Below, piece by piece: positions 11,101 to 20,222 of a stretch of 64,000 nucleotides of DNA. The first letter of the stretch is position 1, and each line of letters opens with the position of its first letter. The position numbers were made by a program, and so were the translations under genes. The stretch spans positions 186,001-250,000 of the IMG/VR virus record IMGVR_UViG_3300010403_000705; one strand, written 5' to 3'. Under the pieces are notes generated by a model that saw nothing but the letters and a program-made list of their open reading frames with translations, searched no databases and was not told the origin of the DNA.

Positions 11101-12129
11101 ACAAAAGATCAATTAAGATTTTCTGTTGCTGTACAATCATTTTCTCCTAATACGAATGGATTTGGAGACGGATACAATGATTCATTTGTTGATGGTAAAA
11201 TAGGAGTAGCGATAGATTACCAAACAGGTTTACTTACACTTAATTTTACTAATTTGTTTCAAGATGCTGTACTGCAAACTCTTAGCACAAAAATACAGAT
11301 TCATGTATTCTTAAAAAAAGGTGGATTTAATAATCAAACATTATTTGTTGATGCTGTAAAAATGCAAAATATGTTAAAATTAATTAGCGTTTTCAGTGGA
11401 GCGGTTGATGGCGGACCTTCTGCTTTGGTTGATCTACAAAGTGATGTGACGGGCATTTTACCTATTATACATGGTGGGACAGGATTGAATGGTGTAGGCG
11501 CATTTGGAACAGTATTAACTAGTAACGGTAGTGGTTTAAGTTATCAATTTGTGTCAGACATGGGAAACGTAATAGCTTTTTCTACCGGAATAGCGGATGC
11601 AGATAAAGTACCTAAAACTGATGGATATGGATTTTTAGATCCTAGTTTTATGTATAAAAATCCTGTATATATTTATGGTACGGCGGGTGTATTTTCTAAT
11701 GATAGTGCTACTCCTGCTATTATCGGAGCTTTTCCATTTAGATTCGACAAATATATTTTACAAAGTTTACAGAGTATAAAATTAGAAGTAATTCTAGAAA
11801 CTACAAATACTATAAATACCGCTCGAATACAATTATTTAATACAACAACAAATACTTATATAAATATTAATGGTGTTAGTCCGATATTAGCGACTACTAG
11901 TAATTCTCCAACATTATTAACTTCAAGTGACATTAAAAATTTATTATCAGAAGGGGCTTCAGATTTTATTTATGAGATTCATTTAAGTTTATCTCCTTCT
12001 AGTGCTCTAGAAACAGCTATTTGTAAAATGGCTAGAATAGTATTGACATATGCTAATCCGTTAGTCACACCCCCTCTTGCGCATAGTTCAAATTTTGTGC
12101 CTTTCTTACCTTCACCAATTTCAGTATGA
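8131..12129 (+). CDS. Virion structural/tail-associated protein (1332 aa) with dockerin-like Ca-binding repeats and a tail-fibre-type GGTG segment
   Basis: LGDVNGDGIIDVEDLDLLNTYL and ADIDGDFHVTYNDGYLLQNYI repeats; TGILPIIHGGTGLNGVGAFGTVLTSNG segment; structural operon context. Confidence 0.55.
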   Translation: MMTKRNPVSALQNIWFDSQQVDDTDLTLEQDYNNIINSGVINNHIGSGALSEVLEQNVLFDSTLITGFLDGAIIQTQQQPADKNFGNQLEIELSQSTVAGKKAIKICVIGLDFQSNLIYETFYFKTNEIQISYRHFTNILLILFNDFIGDSSLSLNLGGRIFIREAQPLTLSRNPIMVAQNVQPNLFFRDFFLEGFISLQNLLTNALPLYNIDSLNIFTTPLDNKILLSNDVTTQIGQKFTATTNNIQKVTFLLSVQNTETGNETDLVWNGDLVISIYPLQSTVDCSSDIAPNLAIDFSPSNIPVGQISVNYATLQAAGIILDSVPQPVDFVFSNSPIASGNVLTVGNYYAVTIKRSGSANKCNILIAVGSNRTIDSRITTFTGTLWVDIPEQDLWFEIWTDSAKISDGQAYENGYGIILPKIKENINTSSNIDYCLTNLQFTGNEVFRAVVAAVTEESVAIPDQRTGNPILSRQQLIPDIKLLNTIDITNLEKASEPLIIGAIADKNRKFFDSISSIINCKLYSAAMVHDELIIKIVDDPTDTIRFDTSVNSLITNLLNGDLADAQIYPNSNNTNVFFRIASAKLASSILGDVNGDGIIDVEDLDLLNTYLDYNLNIGLPVNTSITTDGYTTIFTNGYTTYTLPFSNLFGINFQLVDVINGTVVASGNDGVLVANPVNNRLAQFTSASVAFNVIVGLSSFKLIILSPLNQENHGGFEIVSIDSLTDVITIRKIFLTGDVIMEMLRADIDGDFHVTYNDGYLLQNYIDRAELSFSPVNTYPGPATNPFTKIGTRFNTIRLRLEKFVDRNDDYSPVILDRASVVHTSPDIFMSDGYFEEHNFYAGPVSVSIQKQLTWDESLIVSNSKSRLVPTIFTNIFGSNEKSCQINGVNINIYGSKPDFDPGRVDVFVPDNLIIGKGGELHRPDGNFYKVDFEVGTIVLEIPDGLFGSERTINILDDFIADYTGDGRTRLGFPSMKFADCSLVTADALTKDQLRFSVAVQSFSPNTNGFGDGYNDSFVDGKIGVAIDYQTGLLTLNFTNLFQDAVLQTLSTKIQIHVFLKKGGFNNQTLFVDAVKMQNMLKLISVFSGAVDGGPSALVDLQSDVTGILPIIHGGTGLNGVGAFGTVLTSNGSGLSYQFVSDMGNVIAFSTGIADADKVPKTDGYGFLDPSFMYKNPVYIYGTAGVFSNDSATPAIIGAFPFRFDKYILQSLQSIKLEVILETTNTINTARIQLFNTTTNTYININGVSPILATTSNSPTLLTSSDIKNLLSEGASDFIYEIHLSLSPSSALETAICKMARIVLTYANPLVTPPLAHSSNFVPFLPSPISV

Positions 12130-12220
12130 TTATTTTAAATATGAAAATAAAAGTATTATGAAAATGACTTTTCGAAGGCGTCAAATTTACTGATTTTTAC
12201 ATGACGATATAGATACCATC

Positions 12221-13357
12221 ATGAAAATATGTTGGTTCGGATTTTTATCAAGAAATCACTCTTGGAGTATTGTAGCACAGAATATTTCTAGAGAATTAAT
12301 TAGAATGGGACATCAAGTAGATTTATTTTCTACTAATGGTATAGAACATTTTCCAGAAGATTTGAAACCTTATCTTAAAGGTTTTATTGAGGAAAATTTA
12401 CAGGTTGATAATACTAATTATATAAAATTAATAGGATCAAAACTAGACAAGAATTATGATATGCAGCTATCATATACTGCATTGAAAAATTTTCCTCATT
12501 ATTTTATTAGAGGGTCTTTAAATAGGTTTGGCATTTGGAATTATGAGACTACTGTCTTGCCTAAAACTTTTGCTAAACAACATAAATATGTAGATAAATT
12601 ATTACCTTCTTCTAATTTTTCTAAAAATATTTTTATGAATAATGGTATTCCTGAAGAAAAACAAATGGTAGTTCCTCATGGTATACATCTTGAAAAGTTT
12701 TTAAAGACAGAAAGATTTCCATTAAAAAGTAAGAAAAAATATAAGATACTAGCTAATATTGCACAACCACATCTAAGAAAAAATATTCCTGCATTATTAA
12801 AAACTTTTGGGAAAGCATTTACCAAGGATGATGATGTATGTTTAGTTTTAAAAATTTCTAAGAGAAATACTGGTTCTGCTTTTGAGGTTAATTTTGACCA
12901 ATTATATAAGGAATTTAAAAGTAATTTCAGAAATCATGGTGACATTGAAATTATAGATAAGTTCATTATTGATATTGAATCTTTATATAATGCATGTGAT
13001 GTTGTAATCACAATGGCACATAGTGAATGTTTCTGGATGCCTGGTATAGAAGGTTTTGCAGCTAATAAAATTGTTATTGCGCCAAGATATGGTGGACAAT
13101 TAGACTACATGAATGATAGTAATTCTATTTTAATTGGTGGAAAAGAAATTCGTGCAGATATGAAAATGCAGTATTGGGAACCTTCTCCATATGCTAAAGT
13201 ATTTGATCCAGATATAAATGAATGTGTACATAAGTTAAAAGATGTTATATCTAATTATGATGATTATCTGAAAAAATTCAGCCCTAAAATGCAAGAGATA
13301 TTACCTCACTATACCTGGACTAATGTCTCAAAAAAAATAATAAGTTTTTGTAAATAA
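12221..13357 (+). CDS. Glycosyltransferase, GT-B fold (GT4-like)
   Basis: VVPHGIHLEKF, RKNIPALLKTF, LYNACDVVITMAHSECFWMPGIEGFA (ExF...E motif). Confidence 0.85.
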   Translation: MKICWFGFLSRNHSWSIVAQNISRELIRMGHQVDLFSTNGIEHFPEDLKPYLKGFIEENLQVDNTNYIKLIGSKLDKNYDMQLSYTALKNFPHYFIRGSLNRFGIWNYETTVLPKTFAKQHKYVDKLLPSSNFSKNIFMNNGIPEEKQMVVPHGIHLEKFLKTERFPLKSKKKYKILANIAQPHLRKNIPALLKTFGKAFTKDDDVCLVLKISKRNTGSAFEVNFDQLYKEFKSNFRNHGDIEIIDKFIIDIESLYNACDVVITMAHSECFWMPGIEGFAANKIVIAPRYGGQLDYMNDSNSILIGGKEIRADMKMQYWEPSPYAKVFDPDINECVHKLKDVISNYDDYLKKFSPKMQEILPHYTWTNVSKKIISFCK

Positions 13358-13362
13358 ATAAT

Positions 13363-13593
13363 ATGAATATACCATATACTTCAGTAAGACAAAATATAGT
13401 AGTTTTGCCGGCTGATGCGCCCATAAACTCGATAGGCATTCACGATTGGAATATTATTAATGCTCACGGTAAATTTCTTCATAAAAGTAGACGCTTGATT
13501 CTTGGATGGACAATGAAAGAAAATATAGGAGTAGGTGTAGCAAACATTAAAGGTATTAAAAAATTCACATTAATTAATAAGTCAAGAAAATAA
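13363..13593 (+). CDS. Hypothetical protein
   Basis: 76-aa ORF tightly packed between co-oriented genes. Confidence 0.6.
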   Translation: MNIPYTSVRQNIVVLPADAPINSIGIHDWNIINAHGKFLHKSRRLILGWTMKENIGVGVANIKGIKKFTLINKSRK

Positions 13594-13606
13594 CTCTGGA
13601 AAAATA

Positions 13607-14314
13607 ATGAATAAAATATTAAGTATTGTTATACCAGTTTTTAATAAATATAACTTTACTAAATCTTGTTTAAATGATTTAGTAAAGTTACCATCTGATC
13701 ACGAAATAATTATTATTGATAATGGTAGTTCTGATGAAACTCAATCATCATTAGAATTTTCTAAAGAGATAACCTATCATAGAAATAAATATAATCAGGG
13801 TTTTGCTAAAGCTTGTAACATTGGATATTCTATATCTCAGTCATCTAATGTGCTATTTTTAAATAACGACATTAGAGTTAAATCTAATCATAGTGCTTGG
13901 ACACAAATACTAATAGATCATTGCAACACATCACTAGTAGGTCCCACCATGGGGCAACTAGATAACGAATTTAATTTTATTCAAGAAGCTAATCATATAT
14001 TACCTGGTAAATCTTATATGTCAGGTTGGTGCGTGGCTTCATCTAAAGAAATTTGGAAAAAACTAGAAATTCCTTGTGGACCTTTATCATTAAATGATTA
14101 TACTGTACATCAAATTTTTTCTGAGGAATTTGGTTTAGCCTATTTTGAAGATACGGATTTAGGATTCAGAGCTAGAAAATTAAATATTCCAATGAAAGTA
14201 GTACAAATCCCTGTAGTACATTTTGGACAACAGACTAGTAAACAATTGAATACCAGACAATTATATAAAACGGCTAGAGAAATTTTTGTTAAAAAATGGA
14301 AAAATACTAAATGA
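13607..14314 (+). CDS. Glycosyltransferase family 2
   Basis: LSIVIPVFNK, IIIIDNGSSDET, NQGFAKACNIG, VLFLNND, YFEDTDLGFRA. Confidence 0.9.
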   Translation: MNKILSIVIPVFNKYNFTKSCLNDLVKLPSDHEIIIIDNGSSDETQSSLEFSKEITYHRNKYNQGFAKACNIGYSISQSSNVLFLNNDIRVKSNHSAWTQILIDHCNTSLVGPTMGQLDNEFNFIQEANHILPGKSYMSGWCVASSKEIWKKLEIPCGPLSLNDYTVHQIFSEEFGLAYFEDTDLGFRARKLNIPMKVVQIPVVHFGQQTSKQLNTRQLYKTAREIFVKKWKNTK

Positions 14315-14667
14315 TAACTGCCAATAATTTATATATAAGAGATGGTTATTTTGTATTTTTGCCATGGAATAGAAACAATATTAGTAAATCTTGGAGTCGA
14401 AATATAACCTCATCTGGACATATTCCAATAGATCAAATAGTAGTAGTACCTCCTACTGCAGTTAATGTCAATGGTTTTTCTAAAACATTCAATACTATGG
14501 GAGTGGTTAGATTTCCGTATTCTCCTAAATTAAAATATATCGAATACTTCTATAAAAATTTTTATGCTTTACAATACCAATGTTGGACAGAAAAGCATGT
14601 TGAGAACATAAAAAATCTTTTAGATATGATAATAGTTAGATTTGAGAAGTTAATGATTTTTACTTAA
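14311..14667 (+). CDS. Hypothetical protein with shared C-terminal tag (RFEKLMIFT)
   Basis: ATGA overlap with the upstream gene; C-terminus fits the window-wide tag. Confidence 0.7.
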   Translation: MITANNLYIRDGYFVFLPWNRNNISKSWSRNITSSGHIPIDQIVVVPPTAVNVNGFSKTFNTMGVVRFPYSPKLKYIEYFYKNFYALQYQCWTEKHVENIKNLLDMIIVRFEKLMIFT

Positions 14668-14773
14668 ATTTATATAATTGCCTTGCTATATTTTACATCA
14701 TTCTAGCCAATTGACAAACTGCGTAAGTATGTCTAAATTACCAGAAGCTAATTTTATAGAAAGGATGTGTCCC

Positions 14774-15640
14774 ATTCCTGAAGGTGTCGAGGTGCGCATT
14801 AGCGCAGAATTAATTAAGCCATTGGTTATTAATAAAATAGTTGATAAAATTTATGTGGGTAATAACAGTAGATATGTTAATAACCCACCAGAAGGATATA
14901 ACGAATTTAATAAATGTATTAAAAAAATAGAAGATATTGGAAGCACAAAAAGTCATGTGAAAATTTCAGATATAAAAACAAAGGGAAAATTTACATATTG
15001 GACTTTTAATAATAATTGGTATATGTTCTCTACATTTGGAATGACAGGGCAATGGTCACCTAATGAGGGAAAGCATGTTTGTTTTTGTTTTAGATTATAT
15101 GATGAGAAGAATGATATATTTAATTATATATATTTCAATGATCCTAGACATTTTGGAACTATCAGATTTGTGTATTCTGATAAAGAATTAAAAAATAAAC
15201 TTAATGAACTAGGTTGGGATCCGCTTAGTAGTTCTGGATTGAATGATGCTTGGTTAAATTGGATTCATAGCGAATTAATGAAATTAAATAAACCTATTGG
15301 ACAAGCTCTTTTAGACCAAACTATTTTTGCAGGAGTAGGAAACTATATAAGAGCAGAAGCTTTATATCTTGCTAAACTATCTCCCTGGAGAATTTCTAAT
15401 ACCTTATCTAAAAATGAAATAAAACACTTATCACAAGCCATCATAGATGTAATGCAAGAATCTTATAAACATCAAGGAGCTACCTTATTAACATATAAAG
15501 ATTCGTATGGTAATGAAGGAAAGTATTCCTCTTGTTTTAAAGTTTATGGTAGGCATACTGATACATTAGGTAATACAATAAAAACAGAATTGACTCCTGA
15601 AGGAAGAACTATTCATTGGTGCCCTAATATTCAAAAATAA
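14774..15640 (+). CDS. mutM: Fpg/Nei-family DNA glycosylase, proposed ATT start
   Basis: PEGVEVR N-terminal motif, TKGKFTYW, FGMTGQW, FNDPRHFG, H2TH motif LLDQTIFAGVGNYIRAEALY, GRTIHWCPNIQ. AAGGA at 14761-14765 lies 8 nt before ATT-CCT-GAA. Confidence 0.85.
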   Translation: MPEGVEVRISAELIKPLVINKIVDKIYVGNNSRYVNNPPEGYNEFNKCIKKIEDIGSTKSHVKISDIKTKGKFTYWTFNNNWYMFSTFGMTGQWSPNEGKHVCFCFRLYDEKNDIFNYIYFNDPRHFGTIRFVYSDKELKNKLNELGWDPLSSSGLNDAWLNWIHSELMKLNKPIGQALLDQTIFAGVGNYIRAEALYLAKLSPWRISNTLSKNEIKHLSQAIIDVMQESYKHQGATLLTYKDSYGNEGKYSSCFKVYGRHTDTLGNTIKTELTPEGRTIHWCPNIQK

Positions 15641-15659
15641 AAATTGTAGAGGAAATATA

Positions 15660-16022
15660 ATGAATAAATATATCGGTTTGATTTTATTATCTTTGTCTTG
15701 TAGTTGTTCATCATCTAGTCATGATAGGGCAATTATTTCTGCCAATGAAATTCATGAAATAGCAATTTCAGAGGCTAGAATTATTAATACATATTGTGTT
15801 TCAAAATACGAATCATCTAAAACTAAAGAAGATATTGTAGCTGTCGACAAAATTTGTTTACCGGCACAAAAATCTTATCATGCTGTTAAATCAGCTTGGG
15901 AAACTTTAGTATTAGTTATTAAAAATCCTGAGCAAAATAATGTTTCACAAATAGAAAAATCGGTACTAAATTTGTCTAGGTCTTTATTAGAGTTAGAGCA
16001 AATAACAGATGAAATGAGATAA
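15660..16022 (+). CDS. Putative lipoprotein
   Basis: MNKYIGLILLSLSC: short signal peptide with lipobox-like Cys; GAGGA upstream. Confidence 0.6.
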   Translation: MNKYIGLILLSLSCSCSSSSHDRAIISANEIHEIAISEARIINTYCVSKYESSKTKEDIVAVDKICLPAQKSYHAVKSAWETLVLVIKNPEQNNVSQIEKSVLNLSRSLLELEQITDEMR

Positions 16023-16023
16023 C

Positions 16024-16197
16024 ATGAAGCCTGCAGAAATTATAACACTATTAACATTCCTTGATGAACTTTTTAATTTAGGAGGAAAATTAATTATCGC
16101 TGCTATTCAAAAAAATCCAGAATTGCAAGTTGAACCTTTGCCAGAATTGCAAATTGATTTAGCTAGAGCACAGGCTATCGCAAAGATAGAAAAATAA
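16024..16197 (+). CDS. Small hypothetical protein (57 aa, not in ORF track)
   Basis: Translated by hand: MKPAEIITLLTFLDELFNLGGKLIIAAIQKNPELQVEPLPELQIDLARAQAIAKIEK; starts 1 nt after the upstream stop. Confidence 0.6.
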   Translation: MKPAEIITLLTFLDELFNLGGKLIIAAIQKNPELQVEPLPELQIDLARAQAIAKIEK

Positions 16198-16255
16198 TTG
16201 TGGGTAGCTAACATCAATATAATAAAAAAGAATAATTGAAAGGACATAATTTTAA

Positions 16256-17083
16256 ATGAGTCATGTTTGGATATTTACATTAACATGGAATGGCATCGAC
16301 AAACTATCTAAACTTAAAGAGTCTTTGATTCCGGCTTTGCAAGGAATAAATTATACTTGGTTGATTAAAGATAATGCTTCTAAAGATGATACTGTAGAAA
16401 AAGCTTTACAATGGGGAGATAAAGTTAAAATTATTCCTTATAAAAACAATTTACAGAATTTTTCAGCTGGTATGAATTACCTATTTAATGAAGCTTCACC
16501 GGCAGATAAAGATTTAATAATATTACTCAACAATGACATCATTGTTAATGATAAAAAATCCATTAAGAATATGATAGATTTAATGATGGCAGATGATGAT
16601 GTTGGTGTTGTAGGAGCAAGATTGTTATATACAGAAACAGATCGATTACAGCATGCAGGCGTAGTATTTTCTAATAGATTCAAATTACCGTTACATTTTA
16701 GATTGAATGAACAAACAGATAAAAATGCTGAAAAAAATAGAATTTTTCAAGTAGTTACTGGCGCAATATTGTTGACCAAAGCTGAATATTTTAAAAATGT
16801 TTGTACCAGTAACATTTCTGGAATAAATGGTATGGATGAAAATTATCATTGGGCATTTGATGATGTGGATTTGTGTTTATCTATTCATCACAATATGAAA
16901 AAGAAGATTGTATATTGCGGTAATACTAATATTTTTCATGAAGAAAGTGCGACTTTAAAAAAGAATCCTACTAATAAATTATTTTTGCCACACAATACCG
17001 GTTATTTAAAACAAAAATGGGAAAAAAGATATGTATTAGATCAAGATACATATATAAAAGATGCAAAATATAATCTTTATTAA
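16256..17083 (+). CDS. Glycosyltransferase family 2
   Basis: LIKDNASKDDT, NFSAGMN, ILLNNDI, VGVVGARLLY, LQHAG, VTGAILL, FDDVDLCL. Confidence 0.9.
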   Translation: MSHVWIFTLTWNGIDKLSKLKESLIPALQGINYTWLIKDNASKDDTVEKALQWGDKVKIIPYKNNLQNFSAGMNYLFNEASPADKDLIILLNNDIIVNDKKSIKNMIDLMMADDDVGVVGARLLYTETDRLQHAGVVFSNRFKLPLHFRLNEQTDKNAEKNRIFQVVTGAILLTKAEYFKNVCTSNISGINGMDENYHWAFDDVDLCLSIHHNMKKKIVYCGNTNIFHEESATLKKNPTNKLFLPHNTGYLKQKWEKRYVLDQDTYIKDAKYNLY

Positions 17084-17091
17084 GAGAAAAT

Positions 17092-18054
17092 ATGAATAAG
17101 AAAAAAGTATTGATAACAGGTTCTTGTGGATTTATATTTGGAAATTTTATTAGAAAAGCCATTTATGAAAAACAACCATATCAATTTGTAAGTTTGGATA
17201 GAGTGACCGCTAATGCTGTTAATTCAATGTATTGGAATAAAAATCATGTTTTCCATATAGCTGATATAAGGGACCAACATACTATAGACGTAATTTTTCA
17301 ATTTGAAAAACCAGATATTGTTATTCATGGAGCTGCAGAAACTTTTGTTGATTATTCTTTAGAAGATCCTAATTCTTTTATTACATCTAATGTTTTAGGG
17401 ACGCAAGTTATTATAAACGCTTGCCTTAAACATAAAGTAGAAAAATTAATTTATATATCTACTGATGAAGTATATGGACAATTAACAGATGAGTCATCTA
17501 AGTCTTGGACAGAATCTTCTGCATTAAATCCAAGAAATCCATATGCTGCTGCCAAAGCTGCGGGAGAGTTATTAGTGAAAGCAGCGTCTGATTCTCATGG
17601 ATTAATTTATAACATTACTAGAAGCTCAAATAATTATGGACCTCGCCAGACACCAGAAAAATTAATTCCAAAGGTTATAAAATGCATTTTGCATAACGAA
17701 AAAATACCTGTCTATGGTCAAGGCTTGCAGATCAGAGATTGGACACATGTATTTGACAATTGTGCAGCTATATTAACTATCTTAAATAAAGGTGAATCTA
17801 ATCAGATATATAATATTTCTGCTAATCAGGAATTTTCAAATATCGAAGTTGTGCAGAAAATATGTAACTATATGTCTCGGGGACACGAACTTATTACATT
17901 TATTCAAGACCCACGAAAATCACATGATTTTAGATATAGTATAAATTGTGATAAGATAAGGACACTAGGGTGGGAGCCAAAAATAAAATTTAAAGATGGT
18001 GTAGGAGACCAATGTATATTATGGTATTTAAACAATCAATGGTGGTTTAAATAA
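17092..18054 (+). CDS. rmlB: dTDP-glucose 4,6-dehydratase-like extended SDR
   Basis: VLITGSCGFI, HGAAETFVD, ISTDEVYG, YAAAK (YxxxK), SSNNYGPRQTPEKLIP, GLQIRDW, HDFRY. Confidence 0.85.
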   Translation: MNKKKVLITGSCGFIFGNFIRKAIYEKQPYQFVSLDRVTANAVNSMYWNKNHVFHIADIRDQHTIDVIFQFEKPDIVIHGAAETFVDYSLEDPNSFITSNVLGTQVIINACLKHKVEKLIYISTDEVYGQLTDESSKSWTESSALNPRNPYAAAKAAGELLVKAASDSHGLIYNITRSSNNYGPRQTPEKLIPKVIKCILHNEKIPVYGQGLQIRDWTHVFDNCAAILTILNKGESNQIYNISANQEFSNIEVVQKICNYMSRGHELITFIQDPRKSHDFRYSINCDKIRTLGWEPKIKFKDGVGDQCILWYLNNQWWFK

Positions 18055-18093
18055 TTAAATATTCATAAGATATAATAATAGTGAGTAATATTT

Positions 18094-18351
18094 ATGTCAT
18101 TGAAATATGCCTTAGATTTGTTAAAAGCAGCACATAGTATTATCGAGATAAAAGACGGACCTTTTAGTAAAGGTAAACACGCCTTGACACTCGAAAAAGA
18201 CTATTTAATGTTAAGTATTAATACGGGTTTGGAATTTAAAAATTTTATTCTTGATGATAGGGATTTGAATAAAGACCCTCAAGATCTTATTTTAGAGATA
18301 TTGGGATATTTAGAAACATATCCTACACTAGATTTAAAAGGAATGAATTAA
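18094..18351 (+). CDS. Hypothetical protein
   Basis: 85-aa ORF abutting the tubulin gene. Confidence 0.65.
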   Translation: MSLKYALDLLKAAHSIIEIKDGPFSKGKHALTLEKDYLMLSINTGLEFKNFILDDRDLNKDPQDLILEILGYLETYPTLDLKGMN

Positions 18352-19752
18352 ATGCCAGTAATACATTCAATACAACACGATAAACCAGAGGAAGTGATTG
18401 ACGATATGAGTGACAATAAAGATAAATTAATTAATGAAACAAATAATGAAGAATTGAATAAAAAAGAACAAGAAAAATTAGCAGCTCTAAAAGCAAAAAA
18501 TCAAGCAAAACAACAAGAAAATCAAACAAAACAGGAGAGTAAATTGGCATCCAAAATTGTTGCAAAAAAAGAGAGAAGTCTGTCACTAGGCGTTTTAGGA
18601 TCTGGGCAGGCAGGATCTAGAATTGCTGAGGCATTTTATAAACTTGGTTACGACACTATAGTAGTTAATACAGCAATGCAAGATTTAAAATTTATTGATA
18701 TTCCAGATTCTAATAAATTGTTACTTGAATACGGTTTGGGAGGCGCAGCTAAAGAAATTGAAATTGGTAGATCTGCCGCTGAAGCTCATCGTGGAGAAGT
18801 TTTGCAATTAGTTAATGATAAATTATCTAATTCTCAAGTCAATGTATTATGTTTAAGTTTAGGTGGTGGATCCGGAGCAGGATCCTGTGAAACTTTAGTA
18901 GATCTTTTATCAGAACTAGGTAAACCTTTAATAGTAATTACAGTATTACCAATGGATACTGAAGATGCACAAACTAAAAGTAATGCACTAGAAACTTTAT
19001 CTAAATTAGCTAGGTTAACTCAAAATAAAAAAGTTAACAATTTGATTGTCGTAGATAATGCAAAAATTGAAGCCATATATCATCATATTAATCAAGTAGA
19101 TTTTTATAACGTAGCCAACAAGGCTATTGTAGATCCAATTGATGTTTTTAATACATTATCTTCTATGCCTTCCTCTACTAAAGCATTAGATCCTATGGAG
19201 TGGTCTAAATTATTTATAGATGGTGAGGGTCTTAGTGTATATGGAGAATTTTCAGTCGATAATTATCAAGAAGACACTGCTATAGCAGAAGCAGTTATTA
19301 ACAATCTTGCCGGAAATCTGTTAGCAGAAGGTTTTGATCTAAAACAATCAAAATATGTAGGTTTTATTATCGCCGCAAATAAAGAAGTTTGGTCCAAAAT
19401 TCCAGCTTCTAGTGTTAATTATGCTAGTAGTATGATTAATGATTTATGTGGAAATCCAAAAGGCGTGTTTAAGGGTATGTATATCATAGATTCTCCGGAA
19501 AATAATGTGAAAGTATTTTCGATGTTTTCTGGTCTAGGTTTGCCTACGGTAAGAGTTGAACAGCTAAAAGCTGAAACTAAAGAATTGCAGAGTAAGGTAA
19601 AGAATAAGGATGAATCAAGAAACTTAACCTTACAATTAGACACTGGAACAAATGAAACGGTATCAGCCGCTCAAAAAATTAAAGAAAAGATCGCTCAAAA
19701 ATCTTCGGCTTTTGGCAAATTAATGGGCGGGGTTGTAGATAGGAGAAAATAA
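18352..19752 (+). CDS. Tubulin/FtsZ-family GTPase (PhuZ/TubZ-like)
   Basis: GVLGSGQAGSRIA, VVNTAMQDL, GLGGAAK, signature LGGGSGAG, IVVDN, DPMEW; charged N-terminal extension. True start may be 18406. Confidence 0.85.
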   Translation: MPVIHSIQHDKPEEVIDDMSDNKDKLINETNNEELNKKEQEKLAALKAKNQAKQQENQTKQESKLASKIVAKKERSLSLGVLGSGQAGSRIAEAFYKLGYDTIVVNTAMQDLKFIDIPDSNKLLLEYGLGGAAKEIEIGRSAAEAHRGEVLQLVNDKLSNSQVNVLCLSLGGGSGAGSCETLVDLLSELGKPLIVITVLPMDTEDAQTKSNALETLSKLARLTQNKKVNNLIVVDNAKIEAIYHHINQVDFYNVANKAIVDPIDVFNTLSSMPSSTKALDPMEWSKLFIDGEGLSVYGEFSVDNYQEDTAIAEAVINNLAGNLLAEGFDLKQSKYVGFIIAANKEVWSKIPASSVNYASSMINDLCGNPKGVFKGMYIIDSPENNVKVFSMFSGLGLPTVRVEQLKAETKELQSKVKNKDESRNLTLQLDTGTNETVSAAQKIKEKIAQKSSAFGKLMGGVVDRRK

Positions 19753-19955
19753 TGACACAAACATTTAGTAATTATCTAGATTCGGTAGTAGGGCAGGATT
19801 TTAATTTTTGGCTCAATAGCCCAGTCCTCAATGGCAGATATGAAGTGCCAGGTAAGATATTGCTTTCAGAAGATGATTATATAGTAGTATTAGTAGATTC
19901 AAATATAAAAATGTATATCAAAAAAAATGCCATATCAGCTTTAACATATCTTTAA
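19752..19955 (+). CDS. Small protein, possible Sm/LSm-like beta fold
   Basis: 67 aa; short helix, then beta pattern GKILLSEDDYIVVL...MYIKKNAISAL. Confidence 0.45.
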   Translation: MTQTFSNYLDSVVGQDFNFWLNSPVLNGRYEVPGKILLSEDDYIVVLVDSNIKMYIKKNAISALTYL

Positions 19956-19967
19956 TAGAGGTAAAAG

Positions 19968-20180
19968 ATGACAATCCTCACTATAGGAGATATAGTTACT
20001 TCATTAATTAATAAAGAAGTGGTAGTGTTTGGAAATAACACTATTCGAATTCGAGGCATACTTATAGATTTTAATGGCTATGTTTTACATGTACAAAATA
20101 ATAAAAAAAACTATTACATAAAAATTGAAAGTTTAGATGCTATAAAAACTGCAGAAGAGGTGAAAATTATTAGTCAGTAA
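19968..20180 (+). CDS. Small protein, possible Sm/LSm-like beta fold
   Basis: 70 aa; LINKEVVVF...IRGILIDFNGYVLHV...YYIKIESLDAI. Confidence 0.5.
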   Translation: MTILTIGDIVTSLINKEVVVFGNNTIRIRGILIDFNGYVLHVQNNKKNYYIKIESLDAIKTAEEVKIISQ

Positions 20181-20222
20181 TTATGGATTTTATAAAAGGT
20201 ATATTACAGATATATATGATTT

